Shown here: piece after piece, positions 1 through 13,083 of the stretch
Layout: every line of letters begins with the position of its first letter
Numbering within the stretch: the first letter of the stretch is position 1
NCBI RefSeq assembly: GCF_009834535.1
Contig: NC_045696.1
Coordinates: forward strand, 101,682,001 to 101,746,000
DNA: 64,000 nucleotides
Direction of reading: 5' to 3'
Source: Camelus ferus
Taxonomy: Eukaryota
Translations under genes and position numbers: made by a program
Notes under the pieces: model-generated
Seen by the model: the letters and a program-made list of their open reading frames with translations, nothing else
Databases searched by the model: none
What the model was told of the DNA's origin: nothing

Positions 1-253
1 TGCCTCAATGACCTTATCATTCATGGAAAATAAAACAATGTGGTGTTAAAAACCTTCTTATCTTAGTCTGTATTAGAATCAGAGACTTGGAAAATCATAA
101 ACTTCCTGTCTGACCACTTATTTTTGCACAACTGGTTTATAACTTATTAATAAGATATGCTGCCGAGTCAGTACTTGCTTCAACATCTGAAGTTCATGGT
201 AGAGTGGATTTAAACCATCATCTATCCAAGGCAGTCCTGCAAGTTGCCTGGAC

Positions 254-405
254 CAGAGTTTCTCAAAGTATACTACCTCGACCAGCAGTAGCCACATCAG
301 CATCACCTGGAAATTTGTTAGAAATGCAAATTAAGCCCCAGCCCAAACTACTAGCGGTCTTCCAGGTAATTCTGTTGCTCACTAGAGTTTGACAGCCACC
401 ACCCT
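254..405. mobile_element. MER5A-like hAT-Charlie DNA transposon remnant
   Basis: Contains 'gtttctcaaagt...cagcatcacctggaaatttgttagaaatgcaaatt...ccaggtaattctg...agtttga', which resembles the MER5A consensus as I recall it. Confidence 0.8.
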
Positions 406-429
406 AGACTTCTCTCTCTTTTCTGCCTT

Positions 430-1270
430 TTCTGAACAATAAGCATAGCCCATCACTGTATCTCCCTGTTTTTCCTGCCAGCCCCATTCCTTCCCATACC
501 CCAGTCCAATTCCTTATTATAGTTCACTCATGCTATGGAAGAAGCCTTTGTATGGTTTCCTTGACTTTAATTTTGCTCCCTTCTGCATCCAGCCTTCACA
601 AAGCATCAAGACTTACCCTTCCAAATGCTAATTTGCCCATGAATTTTCCTAACTAAAATTCTTCAAATGCCTGCAGGATAAAACACAAACACCCTAACTT
701 GTTGTCATAGAAGCTCTTTATTATCTGGCCCTCCTTCAAGGCTGTATCCTTGATAAGCAGCGCCCTCCCTACCCCACCCCCGTCTCCCATTTTAATATCT
801 CTTGGCCTTTGAATATACTGTTCCCTGTGCCTGGAATAAATTACTTAAACCAGAAACATTGGTATATAAAATAATATTATTCTTATCTAGTCACTACAGC
901 AGAATTTTTTCTTAATCTTCCCAGCGACTGCCCTCATCTTATGCACAGAGTGCAGCAAAGGCAAAATCCTGTTTATTCATATAGACTCAGTAAAGTCTCG
1001 ATTCCTCTGAGCAGCTTCCAGTGACCACCTGTAGCAGATTCAGTTGCTCTGTCCTTTGTGCTCCAATGCACTCTGTAAAAGAGCTATTTGAAGGCCCCTC
1101 ATGGACTACTGCAATTTATGAATACGATGTTCTTTCTATTGGGAACAGGGATTGTGTTTCGTTCCATTCTGGCATCTCAGTAACTCCAGCACCTAGCACA
1201 GTATGTGGTCCAAAGACACTAAATGATGTTGCTGATCGGTAAAAACAACAAGTGAAAAAGGAGTAAATAA
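430..1270 (+). mobile_element. Old L2 LINE fragments, including the 3' end
   Basis: Pyrimidine-rich L2-like body ('tgcctgcaggataaaac', 'ctgttccctgtgcctggaat') and an L2 tail ('ccagcacctagcacagtatgtgg...taaatgatgttg'). Confidence 0.65.
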
Positions 1271-1354
1271 ATATCAAACAATATGTGGTATGGAAAATAA
1301 CTTGGGATTTGAAGTCCTTTGCAACTTGGATTTCTATTTTCTGCTACATTCCTT

Positions 1355-1570
1355 TCCACGTTGCAAACTAGTGGCCAGAAACAAAATATTTTCCAAGACC
1401 GTGTCTTATTTGGTCAGCACATTTTTAAAAAATTTAAATTATTTTAGTTGAGGCATGTACCCCCTCTCCAGTATCCAGTCCCCTCCAACCATTTTTGTCT
1501 TGCTTCCACTAGACTCACACATTTATGCTACCATCTGGGCTCATGAAGGCAAGTGAGCCAGCCACCAGCC
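1355..1570. mobile_element. hAT-type DNA transposon remnant (MER58/MER102-like)
   Basis: Begins 'gttgcaaactagtggcc...ttatttggtcagcac', typical of hAT MITE ends. Confidence 0.45.
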
Positions 1571-1829
1571 TTATCTGCTTTTCTGGACCCTGATTCTTGG
1601 CTCTGGTTTCTCAGACATAGCTCTTGCACTCCATCCTAGCTGCTGCCCAAGTCCTCCGCTCCACCTCCCGCTGGCATCCTTAGATGTATATGTATACTTT
1701 CCAGAAATCTCAGCATCTCTCTCTGGCATTCACCTTGGGCCTCTCAGGCTGAGTTTTAAATCCACTGTTTCTCTAGTTTGCCTTCTCATGGTCCCAGTTC
1801 CGGGTTCTCTTAGCCTCCAAAGCAGGTAA

Positions 1830-2230
1830 GATAATTTTTAGGGCACAAACACCAGCTCTGACATGCAAACTCGGTGACCTTGGAAGCTTCAGTTTCTTTA
1901 TCTGTAAATGGGAAATCATGCCTTCCTTGTAGGTTTGTTGGAAGAATTAAGTGAGAAAGAATAAGTTAAAACATATTGTGTATTTCTTGCAAACTAAGAG
2001 ATCCTCATTCAATTTTCTCTTCTGCAAGTTAGTTAAGGCAACAGCTCCGATAGCATAATCAAAGAGGTATTTATTAGTGAACTGCTGTGTGTGTTAGTCT
2101 GTTAAAGTACATTTGTCAGTGAATCCTTACCAAACAGTAACTATAAACTGTGAGTTAAGTATTTTTCCTAATTTACATAAAAGGAAATTGAAGCTCAGAA
2201 AAGTTAAAATATTTGCCCATCATAATAAAT
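1830..2230. mobile_element. Two MIR SINE fragments in opposite orientation
   Basis: MIR core 'gtgaccttgg...cttcagtttctttatctgtaaatggg' on +, followed by the reverse core 'aggaaattgaagctcagaaaagttaaaatatttgccca'. Confidence 0.75.
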
Positions 2231-2235
2231 GTTGG

Positions 2236-2698
2236 ATATCAGTAAGGAATGCTTTTGGCTACAAGCAATGAAAGTATTTTTTAAAATCACATTACAAGGA
2301 ATCAGAAAGCTGATAACCTCAGAGCTAGGTCAGTGATTCAACCAGATGGGCCACTAGATTGGGTCCTGGTATCTTCTTGTCCTTCCCTTTCTTGGTCAGA
2401 AGATAACCACAACCATCCATTTACAGATGCAATACAGGAAGAAACAGGGTGATGGTAAAAAGAAAATGACTTCTTCCTCATGCTGTTCTGTCTTTTTTTT
2501 TTTTTAGGAAAAGGTTTCCTAGAAATTCCCTGAGGACTTCCCCTTAGAGCTCAGTGGACCGAACTGGGTCATACAACTTTGTTGGAAAGGAAGCTGAGGA
2601 AGCTAGCATCTTACTGTTTCAAGCTCTCTCTGGGAAGTTGGGGAGAAGAAAGCAGGCTGGGAAAAGCCACTGGGTGAGCCAGACACAGGTCTACCACA
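2236..2698 (-). mobile_element. MaLR LTR (old MLT1), inserted into the reverse MIR
   Basis: Runs from 'tatcagtaaggaatgcttttggctacaag' through 'gacttcccttagagctcagtggaccgaactgggtcata' to 'ctaccaca'. MIR-like sequence resumes at about 2710. Confidence 0.7.
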
Positions 2699-3896
2699 GG
2701 AAGATTGGGAGAACTGGGGTTTAATACAAGCCTGTTTGGCTTCAAAGGCTTTATCCCTTTCATTATATTATATCTCCTGTTATATGAATGTAAACTATTT
2801 TATAGGAATTTAATGTATTAGTAAAAAAAAAATCCAGACTGTTTCTATTTCCATTCTGAATTCTTTCAAAAGTATAAAGTCTGATTTCTGTCTTTAGTGA
2901 CCTATGATAAAAATGGCCTGTTATAAGTAAATCATTGTCCCTTTATGGAATAGAGATATTAGCTCTCTTGAAAATATGTTTTCCCTTGGATATCAAAAAT
3001 ATGAGTGATGTTATAAAGCAAGAGTCATCAAATTAGCAACAGATTTCAGATGTATTTAAGTTGGAGGAGGATGGATTATATGCTTTTAAAAGATCCATTT
3101 TATATTTTTGATCATAAATTCATGTAACCTAGGTAACATGTTTCCACTACATCTTTCAACCAAATATGTCTTCAGCATTTTCCAATTTCAAGCCAGAATC
3201 TTATTTCAAAGGATTTTTGTGTTTGTTTGAAGACTAGAGTTGCATTTCAATTTATTTTAGCAATCCACTGATATCTAACAAGATGTGAATATATAGAATA
3301 CTAGGATATTTCAATCAAAAATTTTAAAGATAGATATTTACTTATTAAATCAATTTCACTGTTGAAATGCAATTCAAAGCCAAGTTTTATTTCAAAGTTA
3401 AAATTGCCACTGAGTTTTGCAAGAAATAACTGTGTTTGCTTTCTTAAAGGCAAAAAGAAATGAATGTTTGTTTATCTAACAATTAATAAGGAGGTTAGGT
3501 TAATTATTTTAGGGTGTAAGAGAACAACCCCCTCTTTTAGTCTAAAAAATCACCATGATTAACTATGCCAGTTGTCAATGACAGAATAGTTTCTCTGGTT
3601 TAATATTTCCCATTTGATTTATGAAATCACCTCTCTGTTATGAGTATAAAAGGAAGGGGTGGATTATAAATACTGTGCTCAGATTTGTCATCTAAAAACA
3701 AGACATTCATAAAAGAATGTAAAGCAATATTATCTGCAGGGATGCTAAAAACTTTCCCAGTAAAAGAAAAAAAAAAAAAAAGCTTCAAACATCTGATAGA
3801 AACAGTCTATACTAGAGATGGTTACAAAATACTACGTGAATGCTAAGTACCATTATTGATCTCAGAACTGCCTGATAAGCGATACTAGTTTAAGGC

Positions 3897-4160
3897 TGCA
3901 TTCATTAAAACTGCATTCGGCTCGTTGCAACAGAAAACTACCTAAGGGTAGCTTCACTCTGTAAGATTATGTTGCCTCACACAACAAGAAGTTGAGAAAA
4001 GGCAGGCTAGGACAGGGATGGCACTAAAGTGCTGGCATCAGGGGCCCAGCTCCCCAAGTCATAACATGCAGGCTTTCATCCTCTTGGTCACAAGGTAGCA
4101 GTTTTTGCCGCCAGGTAGTCTCATGCCAAGTGGGATGAGGAAGAAGAGGAGGTGTGACGT
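3897..4160 (-). mobile_element. MaLR LTR fragment (old MLT1)
   Basis: 'ctgcattcggctcgttgcaacagaaaac...cacacaacaagaagt...atcctcttggtcacaaggtagc'. Confidence 0.6.
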
Positions 4161-7100
4161 CTGGCCGGTAATCATAGAAACACCATTGTGAAATTTTACA
4201 ACATAATTTTAAGACAACCTGATTCTAGTCCCCTAATTTTTAAGTGAAAAAAACTAAAATGCTGTGTGAGAACAAATAGCTTTTCCTAGGTGACCCAGCT
4301 AGTTATATTTAGAACAAGAATAAGACCTCTGAGTCCTTGGGCTCATGTCATTTCTACTGTACCCACCACTTGCTGACTGTTGGGTGGGCTTCCTTTGAAA
4401 TGCCAACAGTGAAGGCCACTGAGGACCACTCCATATCTTGAAGGAGAAGGGCAAGGACAAGGTGGGGTCCCTGATTCATAAGAACCTTTATAGTATGGAT
4501 AACAGACCAGTGGGACATTCTCCTCTAAAACCTCACCCTTCTCTATCATCCACAGAGTCAGCTCTTGGCTCCTTGGTATTAAAGGGCCAGAGTATAAAGA
4601 AATCTGGAAGAAAGTTTTGGTCACAATTATGATGGCCAAGGTGGTGAAGGTGGCAGAGGTTGGATGGGGAAGGGAGTGCGAGGTGAGGGATTGGTGTGGA
4701 GGAAAGAGGATCTAATCAAAGTTATTAAAATGCAGAAGGTTTGAGTATCTACTTTTCTCAGCTTTGTGCACCACATCAAAGCACAGAGACAAATGCAAAG
4801 GTCTTATTTGATATCTTCTTACTACACAAACAGAAGAGTGCTCATAATTATCATTGAAATGATATAGACGGCCTAATACTTTAACCACTATGAAGCAGAT
4901 TAAGTAGTTCTGGCTTGATTGAGATGAGTACTGAATTATTGTTATCAAAATAATTGGGTCATTCAATTCAATAGGATGACTATCCTCTAAAAGTGTAGCT
5001 ATGTAGTCAGACTTCTACTTGAGGAAGCTGAAACCCATCCTGCTATGTGTGACAGCAGATGGCCTCAGCATGCCTTCATGCTTGGTCAGATGTCATTAAT
5101 CTATGACCAAAGGAGCAGGTGGCAACCAGAGACCGCACCATTTCCTTCAGAAGTCACCCGAGCTACAGAAAAGTATAAATTGTTGCAACATGTTAGACTC
5201 TCCATACCGCTTGTTTTCTTTAATAATTGTACTTTTTGAAGCAAATGGAAATGAGGAACTGACATTTTATCTCCATTTTCCCGGTGCCTATGAAAGACTC
5301 CACAGAATATTTAAGTGAGTAATCACTCACTCAAATACTCACTGGACAAAAGTAATTCTAAAATAGGACATTAACTCCACATTTAAAGAAAAATTCATTA
5401 AGCCTGAGTAGTTCATTGCCATGAAATGCATTTGATTATATTTTCGAGGATGAATAGGCGTTTCCTCAGAATAAAGCATTCAACCAAACATTTTACAGAT
5501 TAACATGCACGAGGAGTGTAACTTATTCTAAGCCAAAGACTATTTCCTTCGTGGTTCACCTCTGTGCAGCCCTAGGGTATCACCCTGGGGTCTGTCAGAT
5601 CAACACCGCCATGAGTCTTCCTGGAGGAAGGGTCCCAACAGGCCTTATCAGTCCACATGGGTGTGTTTCTGTAAAGAAGTTAAAACACTAGCATTGCAAA
5701 TTGAAATCTTAAATTTATTAGCTACCGTTATTAAAATGCCATGGTCATATGCTATTCAGCATCACCCAAAGAGCTTTTCTTTCATATTATTATTTGTATT
5801 ACGGAAAGCCATTTAAAAATGAAATCCCATTTCAATTTATCTTTGTGTTTAGATTGTTGGTCTAGCTTTAAAAAATGAAGCAAAAAAAAAAAATCCCTCT
5901 ACAAATGAAAATTGCCTTCTTGTGTTCTGAACCAATTTAATCTAAATTGTTAACTCTGCAGAAGGTACATTCTGAAGAGAGAAATCTCATCCCCAGGGCT
6001 AGAGGGGTAACAGGCTTATCTTACTCATGCATCTGGTGCCCTAATTCATGAGACTTGGAAACTCTGGACTTAACCGCTCACACCCGGCAGAGCCTCCCTT
6101 TTATTCAATAAATTCTGCAGTGGCAAAGCAGTAAGATAATCAGCTCAACCCAGTGGAGTGTCCAAGATAATACAGAGCTACAACATAAACCTTTAGGAAC
6201 TGGAAAGGAGCAGATGTTGGAGACCATGGGAAACCACCTGGAGTTGAAGTTTGGGAGGTAGGAAGACGGGGACTTGGAGAGACCACACCTTTATTTCACC
6301 CAGCTTGCAAAGGGAAAATATAGCCTTCCAAAGCAAACAGCTCTGAATCTTACGTGTGAAATGCTTTTTTCCCTATGTGCACGACAACCGAAATTTTTTT
6401 CGGTTTATTGGTATGTTTATTTGAATGCTTTAGACTCACCTCTGTAAAAATAAGCATGTGGTTGTTAAACTTTTATATTTGGACCAAAATACTGAATGGT
6501 CTCTTAGATGAATCCACCCAAGATTTGTTTCTCTGTTATGTGTCAACAGAAAGCACCCACATCAATGCCCTAGCTCACTTCTTTTCCTCTCCCCACACAG
6601 AGCAGCATTATATCTGGAATTCAGAAACCAGGACCCGACAGGAGTTTGAAACAGTGTCAACACTTCTCCAGTCTGCAGAGAACTGGTTCCTTGTCACTCT
6701 TGCTCTTTAAGCTTAACTCATGAAACAGGCAGTTGGAAAACACAGTTTAACCAGATAGCAGTAAAAGATTTCATCATAATTTGTTTCCTAATTTCTGTTG
6801 GGTTGAAGGAGGACACATAGAAGTCATTGTTAAAAGTTTTCCCAAACCTTGGTTTTGAATGAAGCGTCTCAGGCAAGTTTGCTCCTGCCTGAATGTTTCA
6901 TAGCCCTTGTGAAACTTTTGTCCAAGTAAAGCTGCTGGACAGGTTCACATGTAAGAAGTCTTGGTTAACTCTGCTCTTAGCAGTAATTGAAGCACCTACC
7001 AAAAATAATTTACAGCCACAGAAAGTGCACGTGAAGGTGAAAAATTGCAATATTTCTGCCACCTGTAGGCAAGCTAAACAACTTATCACTTTAACTAATT

Positions 7101-7439
7101 CAACAAAACTCCTAAATTGAACTCTGAAGCAGTTTAGGTATTAAGTAAGGAGATATTTGATCTGCTTTAGCTACCAGGGTGAGGGCATTTTTCCCATTTT
7201 TACTTAAGGCTGTGTACATTCACCCATGAATTCAGGATAGTCAGGACTACAGGATGTGGTCTGGAATCATGTCTGTCCTCTTCCTGGCCTGTCAGGCAGC
7301 TTATAAGAAAGGTGACCTCAGCAGAGAACAAGGAGCTTGAGCAGACACCAGAGGGTCCAGTGTATCCAGGAGAGCGGATCATGTTCACTGGATAACGTAA
7401 GATCAGCAAGGCTGTAAATACAATGGGACGTGGTTGCTG

Positions 7440-7650
7440 AAACTTAGGATTGTTAAAGCATCTGCCACGTACTGGTTTTGTAATCTTGGACATATTTTTA
7501 AGCTCTCTTTTACAGTTTATCCTCATCTGTGAAATATGGACAACAATACCTCCCGAGATGGCTGTCAGGAATAAACAAGCTGATACACAAAGTACTCAGC
7601 ACAGTGTCTGGTTCACAGAGGGTGCTTTACAAATCTTAACTTTCCATGAA
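7440..7650 (+). mobile_element. MIR SINE
   Basis: 'cagtttatcctcatctgtgaaatatggacaacaatacctc...cagcacagtgtctgg'. Confidence 0.8.
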
Positions 7651-7669
7651 ATTAGATAGCCCTCCCTCC

Positions 7670-8128
7670 TGATAGTAGGCTGAAAATCAAACCCTCTGAA
7701 AGGTATCCATATCCTAATAATGCCTGGGACCTGTATATAAAAAGTATTTGCTAAAAAGAGTCTTTGAAAATGTGATTAAATTAAAGATTTAGCGATGAGA
7801 AGATTTTCCTAGATTATCTGAGTGGCTCTTAAATCCAATCACAAGTGTCCTTATAAGAGAGAGGCAGAAGGAAACTATATACTCAGAGGAGAAGGCCTCA
7901 ATGGCCGTGGAAGCAGAAACGGGAGTGATGTGGCCACAAGCCAAGGAAAGCTGGCCATCCCCAGTGCAGCAAGAGGCAAGGAGGGACTCTTCCCTAGACC
8001 TTCTGGAGGGACACAGTCCCACTGACACCTAGATTTTGGCCTCCAGAACTGTGAGAGAGTAAATTTCTGTTGTTTGAAAACACTAAGTTTGTGGCAATTT
8101 GTTATAGATGTTATAAGAAATGAATAAC
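7670..8128 (+). mobile_element. MaLR solo LTR (MLT1C/D-like)
   Basis: 'tgtgattaaattaaagat...aatcacaagtgtccttataagagagaggcaga...gcctccagaactgtgagagagtaaatttctgttgttt...tttgtggcaatttgttatag'. Confidence 0.9.
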
Positions 8129-9989
8129 TTCAATGTTGTAGACTATGGTACCAGACAATGGTCACGCTGCTTTCAAGGCCACCAGCAAGTCCTTTCACTG
8201 TCCACAAAGACGACCATCTTGTGCACTGTGGTTGGTGCATCCAAGTACAAAGTGTCTGTTTTCCCTTTAATTGAAACTTTTTACCTCAAAATAAAGAGAA
8301 AATCCTGGGTAGTCTGTGATATACTACACCATGGACTGTGCTGGTTAGGAGGCATTTCTGCAAACCATACAACTGGGTTCCAGCCGAAAGCCCAGCATTT
8401 GTTTGCTCCCAAGCCCCTCATCACTAGGGCAGCCCCAGTAGTGCTCCCAGAGCCTCTGGCTGGATGAGGCAGGACCAGTCACAGGGAGAAGAATGTATAT
8501 TTTCTCCTAAAAGGTAGTTCCATAGTCATCAAAACAATTCATGGAGATGATTTTAGGCAGTACAGCAGATGGTCTTCAGTGGTACTTGAACACAGAGTTA
8601 AACAGTCTTACTGCCTTTTAAATTCTTCAATCCTATGCATATCAAGGAGAAAATCTAACGGTATTTATATTGATTATGACCTGTTTGTGGCAAAGATTTC
8701 TTTTTTTTAACCATTTATGATAATCATACAAATGTTCCTTCTTAAACAAATGCATTTAAGTAAATGTGGTGAATCAATTTAAACCAAAGTCTCAAATAAG
8801 TAACACTATGGGTGGTCACAGTGAAGATAAGTCCTTCAATGCTTACAGTTTGGGACACACAACCTTAAAAAGACAGGAACCTCTATAAAGTCCATGAAGG
8901 ACCACATCCAACCGCAAAGCTTCCCAGACCATAAGCCAGTTAACCTCAACACCTTTCACCCAAGGTCTGTCTAATCCCCAAACTGGTCTCCAGTAGTTCC
9001 ACTAGATTCTGCCTGAGAATCCCAAAGTGTGATCGAGTTCTTCCTTTCACCTGGGAAGCACCCTGGGCGTTCACAACATCCTGCTGAGTCAGGATCCAGC
9101 TGATCTGAACTGCACTGTCCACCCACTCCCTGGACCATCTCCATAACAGTCAAGAGAGTCTTTTTCAGGGACAAATATATGCAATTCTTAATTTACGCAA
9201 TTGTCCCATATCATCTTCCTATTCCCTATCCTTCTAGAAATAGAAAGGTAATCGGCTCCAACATTAGCCATCAGAATAAATTGTGTGGCTGAAGGGACTT
9301 GCGTTCTAATGGTCATTTTAAGAGAAAAATGCAGTTCAGTAATCTTAAATAATTCAGGAGTCATATAATTACAGTAATTTTTACATAGAAAACAAAACAA
9401 AAACACTTAAGATAATTTGGGTTGAGTCATACTTCACTCCGGTTAGCGGAAAATTATAATAATACATCTCAGGTTTATTTTTCCCCCATGGATGATGAGA
9501 AAACTGCACTCCAGTACCACAATACACAGAAAAGGGAAATCACTTGTTTTGGGGGTACTGACATTACACTCTGATGTGTAGGAGAAATGGTGTTTTCTTA
9601 ACTCACCTATAACTGATTCAGCTTCCCTCCTGAGCCCCACCCACAGGACGGAAGAGAAAATAAATAGATTTTTTTTCAATAGAGTAATCCCAGGCCAAAC
9701 CCATCACTGAACCATCAGCTTAGGTCACACAGTCTTGCTTTGATAAAGGCTGTTCTTTACCCTTCTCTCTTCCTTCCTCAAGTTGGCTCCTTATTTGTGC
9801 CCCTTGTGCAACTCCTCATTGCTAAGGCTTCTAGCACCTGCTATTGAATAGCAAAGATCAGTTCATCACTTATCTCCCTCTTCATTCATCAGCATTCCAC
9901 AGGCTTCTCTGGTTGGCTCTTGTTGGTGTTCGGGGCATCCTGAGGTTGGCCCAGGCAGTTCTGCATTACGGGCCCTGGTTTTAGGACCA

Positions 9990-10255
9990 CTTCACTCTGA
10001 ACAATGATCGTCACCCAGAGTTTGACACCAGATTGCCTGTCTTCAAATCACCGCTCACTATCTGGGAGCTTGGACAAGCTATTTAATATCTTTGTGCTTG
10101 CGTTTCCACATTTATAAAACGGGGTGGGGAGTAATAAGGATAGTATCTACCTCTCAGTGTTGTTTTGTGAGGATGAATTACTAAAGAGAAAACACTTTGA
10201 GCAGTATCTGACACATACAAGTGCTACATAAGTGCTTATCACCATTGTTGTCATT
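9990..10255 (+). mobile_element. MIR SINE
   Basis: 'ttcaaatc...cttggacaagctatttaatatctttgtgcttgcgtttccacatttataaaacgggg...agtatctacctc'. Confidence 0.8.
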
Positions 10256-11984
10256 GCTCTAGGGAGATGTCCAGGCAGACAGCTTACTTCCATCTCCCAC
10301 AGGAGCATGTGTGGACCTCTAGATTCTATTCAGATTATATACCTGACTAAGGCAGCTCAGAGATTTAACCCAGGTGGTCTTCTCAGGCCATGGGGCATTC
10401 TCAGTTCTGACCAGCTCCAGGTCAGCAGGAGAGCAAGCTGTGAGGCAGACTTCTCCTAGAATCCCAAAATAAATCAAGGGGAAACTCTGCCCACGTCATT
10501 CCCTTGGTTTGCCTAAGCACCATGCCCAGGCCAAAGCCAAAGAAAGGAGCGGGGGTTCAGTCTCAGCACATCTCCCTCACCTCTCACCCGACTCCTCCTC
10601 CCACTATCCTGAAATTGCTATCAGGAGCTTTTCTTTTGCTTTTCCTTCCCGTCTTCCTTCCCTTGCATCATTCCTTCCTCTTCCAGACTCTAGCTTTGTT
10701 GGTTAGGACACAATGATGGACAGAGCGGAGGAGAACTTACCAACAAAGTGACTTACATTAGGAAGCTTTCGAAAATACCAAATGTATGACACTAGCTTAT
10801 AATCTAAAAAACAGCAAGAACCATCTTCACATACTCAGTGATAGAAGGAACAAAGTAAAAACAGTTGTACTGAGTTCAGGGCTAGCATTCAGAGAAGTAG
10901 CAGAGCATGCTTCAGCTCATGGAAGTGCTTTCCTGAAGAGAAACCTCCCACACCAATGATATTTGGAGGAGGAGGAAACATTTTAACTAGAAATAAAGTG
11001 TTGATTCCAGGTAATTATAAACTAAGTTTTTTTTTGGGGGTGGGGGGACCAGCCATAAGATGGATCTTTCAAAACTATAATGCACAAAACAGGAAACACA
11101 GCACCTTAATGAGAAACAACCTGGAGTCAGAGTTCCTTACAGATACTTTCTGCAGAAAATGCCAATTTCTAGAGTCCATAATGAGTAAGGGTTTTTTTGT
11201 TGTTGTTTTTTCAGTGTGATGCCAAAAAAAAAAAAAAAAAAAGCCTACGAAAGGAGAATCACTTGTCTCGTTGCAGAGGCCTCCTATGATCTATGAAGAC
11301 ATACACAGAGGTTCAAGATCTGCCTGTTCAACACTCTGCCAATACCATGAAGCAAAGCCTGAAGTTCTGATACAAGGGAAGTGCTTTGGGACTTCCCCAG
11401 GTTATTCCTACTAAGGTATAAAAACAGAGAATATGCCATAGAATACATAACTCTAGAAATACAGACATCTCCAAATCACCATGAGAATCACTTATCACAC
11501 GCTGCAGTGTCTCCTAATGAGCAGATGACTGCTGATGGCTTCAGGTATAAACCGTCTCCTCTATTAATATTGCAGCCACAAGCGCATTATTTTATTTTCA
11601 GAGGCTCTATGTGTGTGTCCAGGCACACGATGAAAAAGTTAAACAGGCTCAGAGTCAGAAAGAAAACTTTGGTAATTCTAATTGTGTTGCCCATTTCTAT
11701 CTGTAAGGTAGGTCATTCATTAGCCTCAATTTTATGAAAGTGGCAGGCCTAACTCATTAAAGCCATTGGTGTTTTTTAAATGGAAATGGTTCATAACAAT
11801 TTAACAGAAGAAAAAAAGCCCTGGAGGCATGCAGAAGTTTCTTCATTAAAAGAATTTAACCCTGAATTTGTAGCACTGTGATTTATTGAGCAATGGTAAT
11901 GCTTGCCCAAAATATACAAGATCAAAAAAAGTACCATATGGCTTGATTATATGCAGTAATTGGGGTAGAATTGGGAAGCAATGA

Positions 11985-12180
11985 AATCATAGCATTTTAG
12001 ATCTGGAAGAGCTGTAACAGATCATTTCATCTAATATGTCTAGTTTCTTCTTCCCAACCACCCCCATTCCTCTCTCCCTACACACATTTTACAGATGAGG
12101 CAACCGAGTACCAGAAAAATTAAATTCCTTTCTCTATATTACATATTTATTAGAACTGGAAATCAACATTCCTATTTTAA
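11985..12180 (-). mobile_element. MIR/MIR3 SINE
   Basis: 'aatcatagcattttagatctggaagag...cattttacagatgaggcaaccgag'. Confidence 0.7.
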
Positions 12181-12189
12181 AGTACAGAA

Positions 12190-12990
12190 AAAAGCAAAAG
12201 AAATTCTAGTGTAAATGACAATCTAGAGAAAAAGACCGCATTATGTAAGATGAAGAGGTGTTATCTCCTAAACATATAAATAATTTTCTACTAATCAATA
12301 AAAAAGTTAAACAGCCCAAAGAGAAAATTTTGAAAGGAAATTGATAGACAATTTAAAAAAGAATCCATAGGAATTCTTGATAAATGTTCAACCTTAATAA
12401 AATGCAATTTGAAACAATAAAATTCCATGTTCATCTATCTATTGACAAAGATTGTTTAAAAGGTTAACATTCAGTATTGTTAAGGGTTAAGGAAAGGGGT
12501 CCTTTTATATGCTTGTCATGAAAACAGTACATAGTTTCTGAACAGCAATATGTCACATAAGCCTTAAGAATATTTATGTCGTTTGACCTACTAACTCAAT
12601 TTCTAACCATTTATTCTAAGGAATTAGGTAGATATGTATACCAATAATTATGTAAAAGGATGTTTATTGCAGTGTTGTAGGAGTGAAGAGTTGGAATCTA
12701 TCTGAAAGTCCAATAATAGGGATTGAGTAAATACATTTTTGTACATTACTCAGTTGATTACTAGCCAGTGATCATGTCATATGACAAAGCAAATTTAGTG
12801 TCACAAAAAAGCTTATAAAAATACTAGGTTATAGAAGAAAGGTACAGTGTGATTTAATAAATTGATCTATCAATAAAGAATTAAATATATGGAAAATAAA
12901 TACCAAAATGTATGGCAGTTGCACTGAGTGATTTTTTTCTTTATTCTTGATAATTTTTCAATGAACATGTGTTAACTAAAAATAAAACCT
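12190..12990 (+). mobile_element. Ancient L1 (L1ME-like) ORF2 end and 3' UTR
   Basis: A-rich degenerate L1 3' region ('aaatgttcaacctta...tttgacctactaactcaatttcta...aaggatgtttattgcagtgttg...gtccaataatagggattg'). Confidence 0.75.
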
Positions 12991-13083
12991 AAACAACAAA
13001 GCATCTATTAAGATAAATCTGACTTGTTTGTCAACATGGAGGTAGAATTTTATAATCTCACGAGAACTCTTCCAAGGATATTT

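Noticed and set aside
9051..9233. Minus-strand AG...GT bounded segment as a coding exon
   Set aside because: All three frames contain stops and the donor (gtgaaa) is weak.
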